Notes: generated by a model not told the origin, from the sequence alone. Numbered from the stretch's first letter, positions 29,079 to 39,521 are shown. The stretch: 64,000 nt of DNA from SAR324 cluster bacterium REDSEA-S27_B3 (GCA_001627865.1 LUQO01000003.1:38092-102091), one strand, 5' to 3'. Made by a program: numbers and translations.

Positions 29079-29885
29079 TTACAGTGATTTGTTTTTTTTA
29101 CTTCGCTTAAAGCTTATAAACAGGTCCATCCATTCATCGAAATCAAGCGATTCAGGCCGGCGCAGACCATATTTCTCACGAAGAATGTCATTACAGTTTT
29201 GATACCATTCCGGAAAGTGCATGCGAATTCCATTTATCAAGGTTTTACGGCGTTGTTGAAACAAAAGATGGCTCCATTTGAGAAATCGTTTTTCCTCTTC
29301 TAAAGTAAGGCTCGAATTTCGAGGTATAAGATGGATTACACATGAATCAACCTTCGGTGCAGGAAAAAAACAATCCGGAGGAATTATTTTTACAATTTTC
29401 TTTTCAAATCCAAGTGTACCTACCAGAGACAGTGGACCATAAGTTTTACCAGATTCAGGTGTTGCACATATTCGTTCTGCCACTTCCAACTGAACCATGA
29501 TAGTTAAAGACTGCCACGTATTTCTAACCGGAAGCAATTTCAACAATAATGGTGTGGCGATATTGAAGGGTAAATTTGCAACTAGTTTTGCAGGATGATG
29601 CATCAATTCAGCCAAATTATTCGGATCCATTTCCATCACATCCATCTCAAGCAATGTGAAATTTTCCTCTTTCTCAAACTTTTGCCTTAATTTCAAACAA
29701 AGTTTCGGATCAATTTCTATGGCTGTTACAAAAGCATCCTGATTCAGCAATATTTGGGTAAGCTTTCCGTATCCCGGACCAATTTCCAGTGTGGAGTCTC
29801 CTTTTTGAACATTTGCTGCCTGAACAATTGAATCAGCTACGCTTTGGTGTTTAAGAAAATTTTGTCCCCACTTTTTTTTTGCCAT
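29079..29885 (-). CDS. rsmA: 16S rRNA A1518/A1519 dimethyltransferase
   Basis: KKKWGQNFL, LEIGPGYG, VANLPFNI, MVQLEVAER, PAPKVDS, FQQRRKTL. Confidence 0.96.
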   Translation of the reverse strand: MAKKKWGQNFLKHQSVADSIVQAANVQKGDSTLEIGPGYGKLTQILLNQDAFVTAIEIDPKLCLKLRQKFEKEENFTLLEMDVMEMDPNNLAELMHHPAKLVANLPFNIATPLLLKLLPVRNTWQSLTIMVQLEVAERICATPESGKTYGPLSLVGTLGFEKKIVKIIPPDCFFPAPKVDSCVIHLIPRNSSLTLEEEKRFLKWSHLLFQQRRKTLINGIRMHFPEWYQNCNDILREKYGLRRPESLDFDEWMDLFISFKRSKKNKSL

Positions 29886-30045
29886 CAGATTTTTGCTTTG
29901 ATAACCATTGTTCCAGGAAGAGGAAAAGTTTATTTACAATTTGTTCGATTCAATTAATTACATTATTAAGATTGACAAATTTACCTCAAAAGCAGTCTTG
30001 TATAAAAGCCAATTATTGAATGAAACAAATTATTTAAAAAAATTA

Positions 30046-30074
30046 TTGACTTAATTTTCAAATTGAAATATGCT
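30046..30074 (+). promoter_or_regulatory. sigma70-like promoter of the Moco leader and moaA
   Basis: TTGACT-N17-TATGCT. Confidence 0.55.
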
Positions 30075-30099
30075 CCAAGGTGTTCAAAAAATAAATCTC

Positions 30100-30206
30100 T
30101 AATAATCTCCGATTCACCAGAACCTAAAGTATCAACCATGGTTAGGTGAACGACAGGGTAGACAGGGAAACCGGTCTGCCTCCCGGCTTTGGAAAGGAGA
30201 CTCTTC
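30100..30206 (+). ncRNA. Moco/Tuco RNA motif (riboswitch candidate)
   Basis: CTCCGA...AACCTAA...GGTT...AGGG-stem-GAAA-stem-GCCTCCCG...GGAAAGGAG directly upstream of moaA, matching the Moco motif pattern. Confidence 0.88.
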
Positions 30207-31154
30207 ATGATTGACCATCACGGTCGTAATATTAATAAACTCCGGATTTCTCTGAGTGAAGTTTGCAACATGGCTTGCACTTATTGTGTAACCAGCCTGA
30301 GCGATCACAAACGTTCCCCTGATGAATTGAATGCCGATCAAATGCTGTATCTAATCCGGATTCTCAAAGAATATTCCGGAATAGAGAAAGTGCGTCTGAC
30401 TGGTGGAGAGCCTCTAATGCATCCGAAGGCAGTTCAGGTTATTTCTGGAATACGTGATATGGGACTCACAAACATCGGCATGACTTCGAATGGGCAGTTG
30501 CTGGCCAGAAAGGCTGAAGCTCTTGCTGAAGCAGGTCTTAAAAGCGTCAACATTAGTCTTGATTCACTTGATCCTGAAAAATTTAAACGTTTTGGGAGAG
30601 TCGGGAAACTTCATAAAACACTGGAAGGTATTGAAGCATGTTTAATAAATGATATGCGCGTCAAAATCAACATGGTGGTAATAAAAGGGGAGAACGATGA
30701 TGAGATTGTTAAAATGCTTGAATATGGTGTAACCCGTGGAGTTGAAGTACGCTACCTGGAACTAATGGGAATGGGACCACTCTACAAAAAAGATGATTTC
30801 AAACTAGTAGAAATGAGCGAAATTCTGGAGAAAATTTCTGAAAAATATTCTATACAGACTGTGTCTGCAGATTCCGATTCTACTTCACTTCGTTACTGGG
30901 TTCCGGGAGGATACTTTGGCATTATTCCAAATAACAGCGCACCATTTTGTTCAACATGTTCCCGTCTGCGTCTGACTTCTGATGGCCAACTCATCGGCTG
31001 TCTGAGCAATCCCTCGCCTATCTCGATTCGTCATTTACTAAATCATCCTGATCCAGTGGTTCCTCTGCAAAAGCTTGTTAAAAAATCTGTTGCCTTCAAA
31101 CAGGATGCAACATTCACAGGATCTTCCCTAGTCATGTCCCGCGTTGGTGGTTAA
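30207..31154 (+). CDS. moaA: GTP 3',8-cyclase (molybdopterin synthesis radical SAM enzyme)
   Basis: CNMACTYC, RLTGGEP, NISLDSL, FCSTCSRLRLTSDG, C-terminal GG; start set at ATG 30207 after the AGGAG RBS. Confidence 0.9.
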   Translation: MIDHHGRNINKLRISLSEVCNMACTYCVTSLSDHKRSPDELNADQMLYLIRILKEYSGIEKVRLTGGEPLMHPKAVQVISGIRDMGLTNIGMTSNGQLLARKAEALAEAGLKSVNISLDSLDPEKFKRFGRVGKLHKTLEGIEACLINDMRVKINMVVIKGENDDEIVKMLEYGVTRGVEVRYLELMGMGPLYKKDDFKLVEMSEILEKISEKYSIQTVSADSDSTSLRYWVPGGYFGIIPNNSAPFCSTCSRLRLTSDGQLIGCLSNPSPISIRHLLNHPDPVVPLQKLVKKSVAFKQDATFTGSSLVMSRVGG

Positions 31155-31285
31155 TCCACATTTATCCTCTTCAGTAATACTTGCATTTTATTCCTGCTTT
31201 CTGTAAAAGGTTCAGTTATACTTTAGTGCATTACTAAAGATACTATTCTAATTGTTTTCCCCAAATATCACTTGAGACATTAAAT

Positions 31286-32869
31286 ATGCGCACATTATTT
31301 CTGCAATCTACTGCTGTGATACTTGCTATTAATGCGGTTTCATATTTTTACCTTCCGGAAGTTCTTTGGTCATTAGTAATTTTCGGCCCCCTTATTTTAC
31401 TGGGACTGAGTGACATTTCACAAAAAACGCACTCCATATTGAGAAATTACCCTGTACTGGGGCATATGCGATTTTTACTGGAGGAGATTCGACCGGAAAT
31501 TTATCAGTATTTTGTGGAATCAGACACCAGTGGCCGGCCATTCAATCGTGAACAGCGCAGCGTGGTATATGAACGCGCTAAAAATGTACGTGATACAATA
31601 CCTTTCGGTACAGTTGAGAATGTTTATGAAACAGGCTACGAATGGGTTAATCATTCCTTAAGCCCGAAGAAAATGGACCACTCGGATGTTCGGATAACTA
31701 TTGGAGGACCAGATTGTACTCAACCATATTCAGCCAGCCTGCTTAATATCTCTGCTATGAGTTATGGAGCTCTTAGCAAAAACGCTGTGATTGCACTCAA
31801 TCAAGGAGCAAAAATGGGTGGTTTTGCTCACAATACCGGAGAAGGAGGACTCAGCCCTCATCATCTTCAGGGAGGAGACTTGATCTGGCAGGTGGGAACC
31901 GGATATTTTGGTTGCCGCGACAAAGATGGTAATTTTAATCCGGATACCTTCATAGAGCGTGCGACAAAAGAACAAGTCAAAATGATTGAAATTAAACTCT
32001 CACAAGGGGCTAAACCTGGTCATGGTGGAATACTTCCTGCGGCAAAACTGACTCAAGAAATCGCAAATATACGTGATGTGCCGATGGGAAAAGATGTTAA
32101 CTCTCCTCCCGGTCATACGGCCTTCTCAAATCCTTTGGAAATGATGGAATTCGTCAAACAGCTGCGAGAATTAAGTGGCGGTAAACCAATCGGTTTTAAG
32201 CTGTGCGTAGGTAAAAGAAGAGAGTTCATTTCAATTTGTAAAGCAATGCACGAAACCGGAATTACTCCCGATTTTGTGAATGTGGACGGAGGCGAAGGAG
32301 GTACCGGAGCGGCACCAATGGAATTTTCAAATCATATCGGAACTCCTCTTGTTGAGGGGTTAATTTTTGTGCATAACGTTTTGGTAGGATTTGATTTAAG
32401 AAAAAAAATTAAAATAATAAGTGGTGGAAAAATGACGTCAGGATTTGGACTGGTCAAGAGGCTAGCTTTAGGTGCAGATCTTTGTAATTCAGCGCGAGGA
32501 ATGATGATGGCGCTGGGATGCATTCAAGCACGAAAATGTAACTCGAATGATTGTCCTGTAGGTGTAACAACGCAAAATCCAAAATTAACCTGGGCTCTTG
32601 TAACGGAAGAAAAAAGCAAGAGAGTTTATAATTTCCACCACAATACTGTAAAAAGCGCCTGTGAAATTATGGGGGCAATGGGCCTGGAAAATACAGAAGA
32701 TTTAAAGCCGTGGCATTTGATGCGGCGGATTGAAGCTTATGAAATCAGAAATTTTTCCGAAATTTATGAGTTTATTCAAGAAGGTTCATTACTGAAAGAT
32801 ACTAAACCAGGCAGCTATGCCCGTGCTTGTGACGCGGCACGATCTGACAGTTTTACGGAGACAAGTTAA
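31286..32869 (+). CDS. FMN-binding glutamate synthase family protein (stand-alone, membrane anchored)
   Basis: ISAMSYGALS, NTGEGG, EIKLSQGAKPGHGG, DGGEGGTGAAP, CIQARKCNSNDCP. Confidence 0.93.
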   Translation: MRTLFLQSTAVILAINAVSYFYLPEVLWSLVIFGPLILLGLSDISQKTHSILRNYPVLGHMRFLLEEIRPEIYQYFVESDTSGRPFNREQRSVVYERAKNVRDTIPFGTVENVYETGYEWVNHSLSPKKMDHSDVRITIGGPDCTQPYSASLLNISAMSYGALSKNAVIALNQGAKMGGFAHNTGEGGLSPHHLQGGDLIWQVGTGYFGCRDKDGNFNPDTFIERATKEQVKMIEIKLSQGAKPGHGGILPAAKLTQEIANIRDVPMGKDVNSPPGHTAFSNPLEMMEFVKQLRELSGGKPIGFKLCVGKRREFISICKAMHETGITPDFVNVDGGEGGTGAAPMEFSNHIGTPLVEGLIFVHNVLVGFDLRKKIKIISGGKMTSGFGLVKRLALGADLCNSARGMMMALGCIQARKCNSNDCPVGVTTQNPKLTWALVTEEKSKRVYNFHHNTVKSACEIMGAMGLENTEDLKPWHLMRRIEAYEIRNFSEIYEFIQEGSLLKDTKPGSYARACDAARSDSFTETS

Positions 32870-33148
32870 GTACTTGCTTTAATTTAAGTGTAGGTTCTTT
32901 TCTTACAGAATAATGCTATGAAATAAGAGGAACTGTTTACAAAACCGGTTTTTATAATAACTGAGACAAACTATTTTTTTCATTTTGTTCTCTATCATGG
33001 CATTATTAACCGATGTGAATAAAAGTTCAATAAAAAGAGAATTGTGTGTTTTATTAAGGTTATAGTATTTTCCCAAATCATATATATTTGAAATGTTTTG
33101 TTTAGATATCTCAATACACCACCAAAAACCAATAATCATCAATAATCC

Positions 33149-34789
33149 ATGAAAGCATCGGATTTATTTATCAAAGCACTGGAAGAAGAAGGCGTTCAAC
33201 ATATTTTTGGCATTCCCGGAGAAGAAAATCTTGATTTTCTCAATTCATTAAAAGGTTCATCTATAAAGTTAATATTAACTCGCCATGAACAGGCAGCCGG
33301 ATTCATGGCGTCCACTTATGGCCGTTTAACAGGGAAGTCCGGAGTATGCTTATCCACATTAGGACCAGGTGCCACAAACCTGGTTACTGCTGCGGCATAT
33401 GCCCAGCTTGCAGCTATGCCGATGGTAATGATCACCGGTCAAAAACCTGTGAAATACAGTAAACAGGGCAAATTCCAGATTGTTGATATTGTTGAGATGA
33501 TGCGCCCATTGACCAAATACACAGAAACTATAGTCAGTGGCAATAACATACCGCCGCTGGTCAGGGAAGCTTTCAGGATTTCACAGGAAGAACGTCCCGG
33601 AGCAGCACATTTGGAATTGCCGGAAGATGTTGCAGGAGAAGAAGCCTCTGCCATGCCATTACCTCGCAGTCGGGCACGCAGGCCTGTTGCTGAAGAAAAG
33701 GCGATCAAGCAGGCAGTTGAAATGATTGAAAACGCGAAAAATCCTTTGCTGCTGACAGGTGCTGGGTCAAACCGGAAGATGCCTGCGCGGATGTTAAGGG
33801 CTTTTGTGGATAAAACCAAAATGCCTTTCATCAGCACTCAAATGGGAAAGGGAGTACTTGATGAACGTGATCCTTTGTTTTTGGGAAATGCGGCGCTTTC
33901 TGCTAATGATTTTTTACATCGAGCAATCGAAAAAGCTGATTTGATTATCAATGTTGGACACGATGACATTGAAAAACCTCCGTTTTTTATGGAACAGGAT
34001 TCTTTTGAGGTGATTCATATCAATTTCTCATCCGCGGAAGTTGATCCGGTTTATTTTCCACAACTTGAAGTTATAGGTGATATAGCAAATAGCATCTGGC
34101 AAATAAAAGAACGGATAATGCCTCAGAATATTTGGGATTTTTCTTATTCAATGAAGGTCAAAAAAGCAGTTGAATCACATCTACTGGAAGGAGCAGACGA
34201 TCCCCGCTTTCCCATGTTACCGCAGAGATTAGTTGCAGATGTCCGAAAGGCCATGCCTCCCAACGGAATTATTGCGCTTGATAATGGTGTATACAAAATC
34301 TGGTTTGCGCGTAATTACAAAGCTTATGAGTCAAACACCGTTTTACTGGACAATGCCCTGGCCACTATGGGCGCGGGTCTTCCTTCAGCCATGGGAGCAC
34401 ACATGGTTTACCCCGAGCGGAAGGTAATGGCTATTTGCGGAGACGGTGGTTTTATGATGAACGCGCAGGAACTGGAAACAGCTGTTCGTCTCAAGATGAA
34501 TCTGATCTGCCTGATTCTCAGGGACGACTCTTATGGCATGATACGCTGGAAACAGGCAAATATGGGATTTGAAGATTTTGGTCTGGAATTTGGCAATCCG
34601 GATTTTGTCAAGTTTGCTGAATGCCATGGAGCAAAGGGATATCGTGTGAATAAAACAGAGGATTTTGTGCCGCTTCTGGAAAAATGCAATAATACACCAG
34701 GTGTTCATGTGATTGAACTTCCAGTTGATTATTCTGAAAACGATCATATTTTGAATCATGAAATAAAGGAACGAAGTCAAAAAATCTAA
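33149..34789 (+). CDS. acetolactate synthase large-subunit-like TPP enzyme
   Basis: FGIPGEEN, RHEQAAGFMA, TLGPGATN, GDGGFMMN; no small subunit adjacent. Confidence 0.92.
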   Translation: MKASDLFIKALEEEGVQHIFGIPGEENLDFLNSLKGSSIKLILTRHEQAAGFMASTYGRLTGKSGVCLSTLGPGATNLVTAAAYAQLAAMPMVMITGQKPVKYSKQGKFQIVDIVEMMRPLTKYTETIVSGNNIPPLVREAFRISQEERPGAAHLELPEDVAGEEASAMPLPRSRARRPVAEEKAIKQAVEMIENAKNPLLLTGAGSNRKMPARMLRAFVDKTKMPFISTQMGKGVLDERDPLFLGNAALSANDFLHRAIEKADLIINVGHDDIEKPPFFMEQDSFEVIHINFSSAEVDPVYFPQLEVIGDIANSIWQIKERIMPQNIWDFSYSMKVKKAVESHLLEGADDPRFPMLPQRLVADVRKAMPPNGIIALDNGVYKIWFARNYKAYESNTVLLDNALATMGAGLPSAMGAHMVYPERKVMAICGDGGFMMNAQELETAVRLKMNLICLILRDDSYGMIRWKQANMGFEDFGLEFGNPDFVKFAECHGAKGYRVNKTEDFVPLLEKCNNTPGVHVIELPVDYSENDHILNHEIKERSQKI

Positions 34790-34812
34790 CTTTTTAATAG
34801 ATATATCATATA

Positions 34813-36285
34813 GTGGAAAAATTTGACCTGTGTGTAATCGGAGGAGGACCATCCGGTTATGCTGCCGCGATGCGTGCAGTTGATTTTGATAAAACTGTAT
34901 TGCTTGTTGAACGTGACCGTCTGGGTGGGGCGGGGATATACGACGGAGCGCTGTCTTCAAAAACGTTTTGGGAAATTTCAAAAGAATATGCCTCATTCAG
35001 TAAAAAGATGCGGCATTATGGTTTGACTGAACCAAATGTGCATTTTCATAATGTGCTTCAGGAAGTTAATGATGCAGTTTTTGAACGCTCAGATCAACTT
35101 AGCCAACACCTCCGGAGGGTAATTCAGCAACGTCCGGAACACTTCAGGTTCATCAAAGGCAGCGCCAGCTTACTCAGTGAAACTGAAATTGAGGTAAAAA
35201 CTGATTCCGGAAACCATTCCGTATTTGCAGATAATATCATTATTGCCACAGGAAGCCGGCCCCGCAAACTTGACTCAATCCCATTCGATGAGAATGTGAT
35301 TATGACCAGCGACGGTATAAGTTCGTTGAAAGAATTTCCTGAAAGTTTGGTGATACTTGGCGCTGGGGTTATCGGCTGCGAATTTGCCACCATCTTTTCC
35401 AACTTTGGAAAAACAAATGTTCACCTTATTTCCAAAGACGAACGTATTCTTCCCTTTGAAGACGCCGATCTGGCTAAGGCAATTGAAAGCAATTTGGAAG
35501 ACAACGGAGTACTGATTCATCGCTTGTCAAAGCTAAATACAATGGAGATCATCGACGGACAAGTTGAATATGTGATTGAACATCCGGACGGGGAAAAAGA
35601 TGTTTTTCACGCGGAAAAAGCATTGGTCTCTGTGGGACGTGTGCCAAATATAGAAAATACCGGTTTGCACGAAATTGGAGTTGAACTCAGTGACGCAGGT
35701 CATATTATTGATAATGACACTCAAACAAGTTTTCCCAACATTTATGCGGTTGGTGATATTACTGCAGATATTGCTCTGGTAAATGTTGGTGAATTGGAAG
35801 GGCGCCATGCTGTGGAAAAAATGTTTGGTGAACCCAGACGTCCTGTAATTTATGAAAATATCTCAACTATTATGTTCCTCAATCCTGAGGTAGCAGGAGT
35901 GGGAATGAATGAACAGCAGGCACAAAAAGCTGAGTTGAACTATCGTGTTGCCAGTTTTGATTTTCGCTGCATTCCACGGGCAGTAGCCATGCGTAATACT
36001 CAGGGATTTTTCAAAATCCTTGTCACAGATGATGATCAGATGAAAGTCCTGGGAATGCGCGCGGTTGGAGAACACGCATCAAGTGCGATTCAAGCTGTTG
36101 CTTTGCTTATTGCCACGAATAAAGGCATAGAAGAATTGGCTGAACTGATTCACCCGCATCCTTCAATAATTGAAGGCATACAGGAGTGTATTCGCGTGCT
36201 GTTAGGAAAGTCTATTTACAAACCTAATATTTTCCAGGATTATCTTCAGTATAGATGTTACAGAAATGGTCAGTTCATCTATTGA
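34813..36285 (+). CDS. class I pyridine nucleotide-disulfide oxidoreductase (Lpd/Sth-like) lacking the redox Cys pair
   Basis: GGGPSG, GGAGIYDGALSSK, ATGS, GAGVIGCE, YAVGD, HPHPSIIE. Confidence 0.85.
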   Translation: MEKFDLCVIGGGPSGYAAAMRAVDFDKTVLLVERDRLGGAGIYDGALSSKTFWEISKEYASFSKKMRHYGLTEPNVHFHNVLQEVNDAVFERSDQLSQHLRRVIQQRPEHFRFIKGSASLLSETEIEVKTDSGNHSVFADNIIIATGSRPRKLDSIPFDENVIMTSDGISSLKEFPESLVILGAGVIGCEFATIFSNFGKTNVHLISKDERILPFEDADLAKAIESNLEDNGVLIHRLSKLNTMEIIDGQVEYVIEHPDGEKDVFHAEKALVSVGRVPNIENTGLHEIGVELSDAGHIIDNDTQTSFPNIYAVGDITADIALVNVGELEGRHAVEKMFGEPRRPVIYENISTIMFLNPEVAGVGMNEQQAQKAELNYRVASFDFRCIPRAVAMRNTQGFFKILVTDDDQMKVLGMRAVGEHASSAIQAVALLIATNKGIEELAELIHPHPSIIEGIQECIRVLLGKSIYKPNIFQDYLQYRCYRNGQFIY

Positions 36286-36429
36286 AAGGAGCCTGAAGCC
36301 CACAGACCATAATCTGAATTCTTTTCAAATCAAAAAGTTTTGGTAATGTAATACCAATCTCCCTACCTGCCTCTAAGAAATCCATTTTCAGAGTGTCTTA
36401 TTTTGATAAAAAAGGAGGGTACCTGAATT

Positions 36430-37668
36430 TTATAAACTCGAACTTGCAGAAAATAAAAGCGTGATTGATTCACGCGTCATTGTTTTTGATTCTGTGAGTC
36501 CGGAATAAAGCCAGGCTTTACCGGTGCCGGAAGTATAAATTGCTCCAAACGTAAGTGATGAGGAAGAGGAATAGGAAGTGTAGCCAAAACTTAAACCATA
36601 AATATCAATGTAATCTGTCGGTCCTGTCGTTGATGAATCCGGAGTTGGCCTGTTGTCAAAGTTTGTGAACAATCCAAAACGCACCGCGTTTGTAGGATCA
36701 ATATAATATTCCGTGCCTCCGGAATAATTAATTACATCAGCACGTCCTTTTTCCTGAGCCTGATAATAATCTAAATCAAAAGTGTAGAGTTGTGATGGTG
36801 TTGGGAAATATGCTGCGCCAAAAGCAATATGTAAAGGTAATTTGCGTTTTACCTCAGTCTTTGTGCTATTAAAGGTTGTAGTAAGGCTTGCCGTACCGGT
36901 GCTGTTATCTGTACTGTGATATGATACATCTCCCTGAAACGGTCCATTAAACAATATTGCCTGGTCCATTGCCACTCCCAAAGTGAGCAAATTGAATGGA
37001 CTCCACTGAGCCCCAATTTTAGGTACCATCCCGTCTTCCCTCTGTTTTTTGCTTTCGTAAAAAAGCTCATAGCTTCCATTAGTACTTTCCAGAAAAGAAT
37101 GCTGTTGTCGCATGAAACTCCTGTAATGGTAATAAAGAGTCAGTCCAATAGATAAATCCTCTCCCAGTCGCATTGCTGCCGAAGGTCCCATAAGGTATGT
37201 GATGTCCTCCGAATGCAGACTCAGATAAAACTTTTTTACTGAACTCAAAGGATTATCAAATACCAGATCCTGATGTTCTATAAAAGCGTCTGGCACTACA
37301 TAAGAAAAACAGAAAGAATACGATTTGAACTTTTTTAGCACTCCAAAATAGTTTGGCAAAAGTGATTCACTATCACGAACCCAGTCCTTCGTTCCAATGG
37401 CCTCATAGTATATGGTCTTCATTTGGTGCATCACGTTACCACTTCCTGAAAGACTGTCTCCCACCGCGTAGGCGATTCCTCCCGGATTATAATAACATCC
37501 TGTACTGTCATCAGATACAGCAACGTAGCTACCTCCCATAGTTGCCGCACGCTCACCAATCAGCATATTTTTGTAGTGAGCATCATCAGCATGAAGCTGA
37601 TATGCAAACGAGCAAACAAAAATTAATATACTAAAGCGCAGCCAAATATTGCTGAAATCTTTTTTCAT
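36430..37668 (-). CDS. FadL/TodX-like outer membrane beta-barrel
   Basis: GERAATMGGSYVAVSDD and YYNPGG plug motif, amphipathic strands; start set at ATG 37668. Confidence 0.75.
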   Translation of the reverse strand: MKKDFSNIWLRFSILIFVCSFAYQLHADDAHYKNMLIGERAATMGGSYVAVSDDSTGCYYNPGGIAYAVGDSLSGSGNVMHQMKTIYYEAIGTKDWVRDSESLLPNYFGVLKKFKSYSFCFSYVVPDAFIEHQDLVFDNPLSSVKKFYLSLHSEDITYLMGPSAAMRLGEDLSIGLTLYYHYRSFMRQQHSFLESTNGSYELFYESKKQREDGMVPKIGAQWSPFNLLTLGVAMDQAILFNGPFQGDVSYHSTDNSTGTASLTTTFNSTKTEVKRKLPLHIAFGAAYFPTPSQLYTFDLDYYQAQEKGRADVINYSGGTEYYIDPTNAVRFGLFTNFDNRPTPDSSTTGPTDYIDIYGLSFGYTSYSSSSSLTFGAIYTSGTGKAWLYSGLTESKTMTRESITLLFSASSSL

Positions 37669-38470
37669 TTTTCTTACCCTGAATTTTATCAATTTCATTT
37701 TTTACAATAAATTCCTGTAATAATTGATAACGCAAATCTATAGTCGGATGAGTCTTGGAAAGCACTTTTGCCTGTCCCTGTTCCAGGTGAGGTTTTAAAG
37801 ATTTAAGATAATCAAGATAACTTTGTGCGTCATATCCGGTCGCAATCATCATTTCCATAGCTTTTTGATCAGCATCAGCTTCATCTTCTTTGGAAAGTCC
37901 TTCTTCCATCAGCATCTTAAAAGCAAGGTCATTTAGTCGCTCAAGTGCAATTTTGGCGGAAAGTGTTGCTCCACCTAAAATTTGTGCGATTCCTGAAGTC
38001 AGGGAACGGTCAGAGCTTTCAAGTTTTAGTTTTCGTACGATGTGTTTTTGATCAATGTGTGCCAGTTCGTGCGATAAAACCGCAGCAAGCTGGGCTTCAT
38101 TACGCATAAGTTTCAAGGCACCCTTTGTGACAAAAATGTAGCCCCCTGGAGCAGCATAGGCATTGATATCTTCGGTATCAAGAATCCCAAAATAATATCT
38201 TAGTTCGGGACGTCCCAACTGTGCCGCAATACCAGTGCCGATTTGAGAGACATAGCTGACCATTTGTTTGTCTCTCAGGATTGGATATTTACCAAGGATT
38301 TTTGCCGCAACACCACGCCCAAAATCAATTTCTTTTTCTGTACCAGCTTCCTGATTTTTCCAGAAAATATGATGGGCACGCAGCCGATATTCCTGTGCTT
38401 CAGCTGAAGATACAAAGTCCAGGGAAACGATAAAAATGCTCAAAAACAGGCAGTTATAAAATTGCCTCAT
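37631..38470 (-). CDS. M48 family metalloprotease
   Basis: INAYAAPGG, EAQLAAVLSHELAH, EADAD, KTHP. Confidence 0.92.
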   Translation of the reverse strand: MRQFYNCLFLSIFIVSLDFVSSAEAQEYRLRAHHIFWKNQEAGTEKEIDFGRGVAAKILGKYPILRDKQMVSYVSQIGTGIAAQLGRPELRYYFGILDTEDINAYAAPGGYIFVTKGALKLMRNEAQLAAVLSHELAHIDQKHIVRKLKLESSDRSLTSGIAQILGGATLSAKIALERLNDLAFKMLMEEGLSKEDEADADQKAMEMMIATGYDAQSYLDYLKSLKPHLEQGQAKVLSKTHPTIDLRYQLLQEFIVKNEIDKIQGKKNEKRFQQYLAAL

Positions 38471-38476
38471 TTTTCC

Positions 38477-39058
38477 TTATTCTGTATATGCCAAAAATTG
38501 AACAGAGTTTTCTTCATCTGTGGGTTGTTTCTCCATCCACTCCAGCGCCAAATAATCTGTCTGATATGGACTGATTTTTTGACCTTTTTTATCCACCAAC
38601 CCTCTCACACCAACTACCGCAGAAAATGTACGCAGACGCACTCTTTTCCCTGATGAGGATTTGAGACTGATTTTTTGACTCAAAATCGATTTTTTTGCTC
38701 TAACCGGCACATCAGAAATCTGTCCGCGCATAACCCAGCCCTGACTGCCCTCTGCTTCAATTTTCTGCCAAATACCTTTTGTCTCTTTGGTAACAACTTC
38801 TGTTCCGCGAGACAATTTTTTGAGCACATTGCTGCTTATTCGTGGCTGTTCACGTAATGCAGAGCCTAACCCCTTAATATAACCGGTTGTCTCTTTTGCA
38901 ATTAACGTAGTATTAAATGGAGCAAATAAAAAAATTATCACTGCAACAATATGTATGCGGTAATTTTTGCTTAACAAGTTTGAATTAAATTGAATTTGAA
39001 GATGCACTGCCTTTTTTATGAAATAATAGGGGGATGATAAAGAATACCACACCAACAC
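38477..39058 (-). CDS. bacterial SH3-domain protein
   Basis: LREQP, L-RG, W-KI and GWV SH3b pattern after a signal-like segment; true start probably downstream of 39058. Confidence 0.75.
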   Translation of the reverse strand: MLVWYSLSSPYYFIKKAVHLQIQFNSNLLSKNYRIHIVAVIIFLFAPFNTTLIAKETTGYIKGLGSALREQPRISSNVLKKLSRGTEVVTKETKGIWQKIEAEGSQGWVMRGQISDVPVRAKKSILSQKISLKSSSGKRVRLRTFSAVVGVRGLVDKKGQKISPYQTDYLALEWMEKQPTDEENSVQFLAYTE

Positions 39059-39509
39059 TGATAAAACAGTCAGCGATGTTGTTTACAAAAAAACTTGTTT
39101 CGTACCAGCGAAAATGGAAGAAATCCGTAACGTGACCATAAACCACTCTGTCAATTAAGTTTCCTGCAGCTCCGGGTAAAACACAAGCCAGACCTGAACG
39201 TGTGTAAAAATCCAATTCGTGCCAGAAGCGGGTCTGGTAATAAAGCATTGCTGCCACTGCCAGCAATGAAACACCAACCAGCAAAGGAATTCTAATCGAA
39301 TCGGAATAATCCGCCAAAAAACTAAAACTGACGCCACGATTTTGTACGTGAGTCAGGTCTAAAAAATTTGTTAAAATTCCGGTGGTTTCATACAAAGGGA
39401 TGTTTGCCCTGACCCAAATTTTTGAACCAAGATCCAAGCCCAAAAAGATGATCATTATTATCCAATTTGACCTGAACGAAAGTGATGTCAACGTTTCAGT
39501 AATTTTCAT
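38985..39509 (-). CDS. lspA: lipoprotein signal peptidase II
   Basis: D-GSK, NRGVSFS, GAAGNLIDR, VTDF, NIAD. Confidence 0.93.
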   Translation of the reverse strand: MKITETLTSLSFRSNWIIMIIFLGLDLGSKIWVRANIPLYETTGILTNFLDLTHVQNRGVSFSFLADYSDSIRIPLLVGVSLLAVAAMLYYQTRFWHELDFYTRSGLACVLPGAAGNLIDRVVYGHVTDFFHFRWYETSFFVNNIADCFISVGVVFFIIPLLFHKKGSASSNSI

Positions 39510-39521
39510 AACTTATTCCGT

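Noticed and set aside
34385-34996. 203-aa antisense ORF
   Set aside because: Shadow of two well-supported plus-strand genes with no motifs
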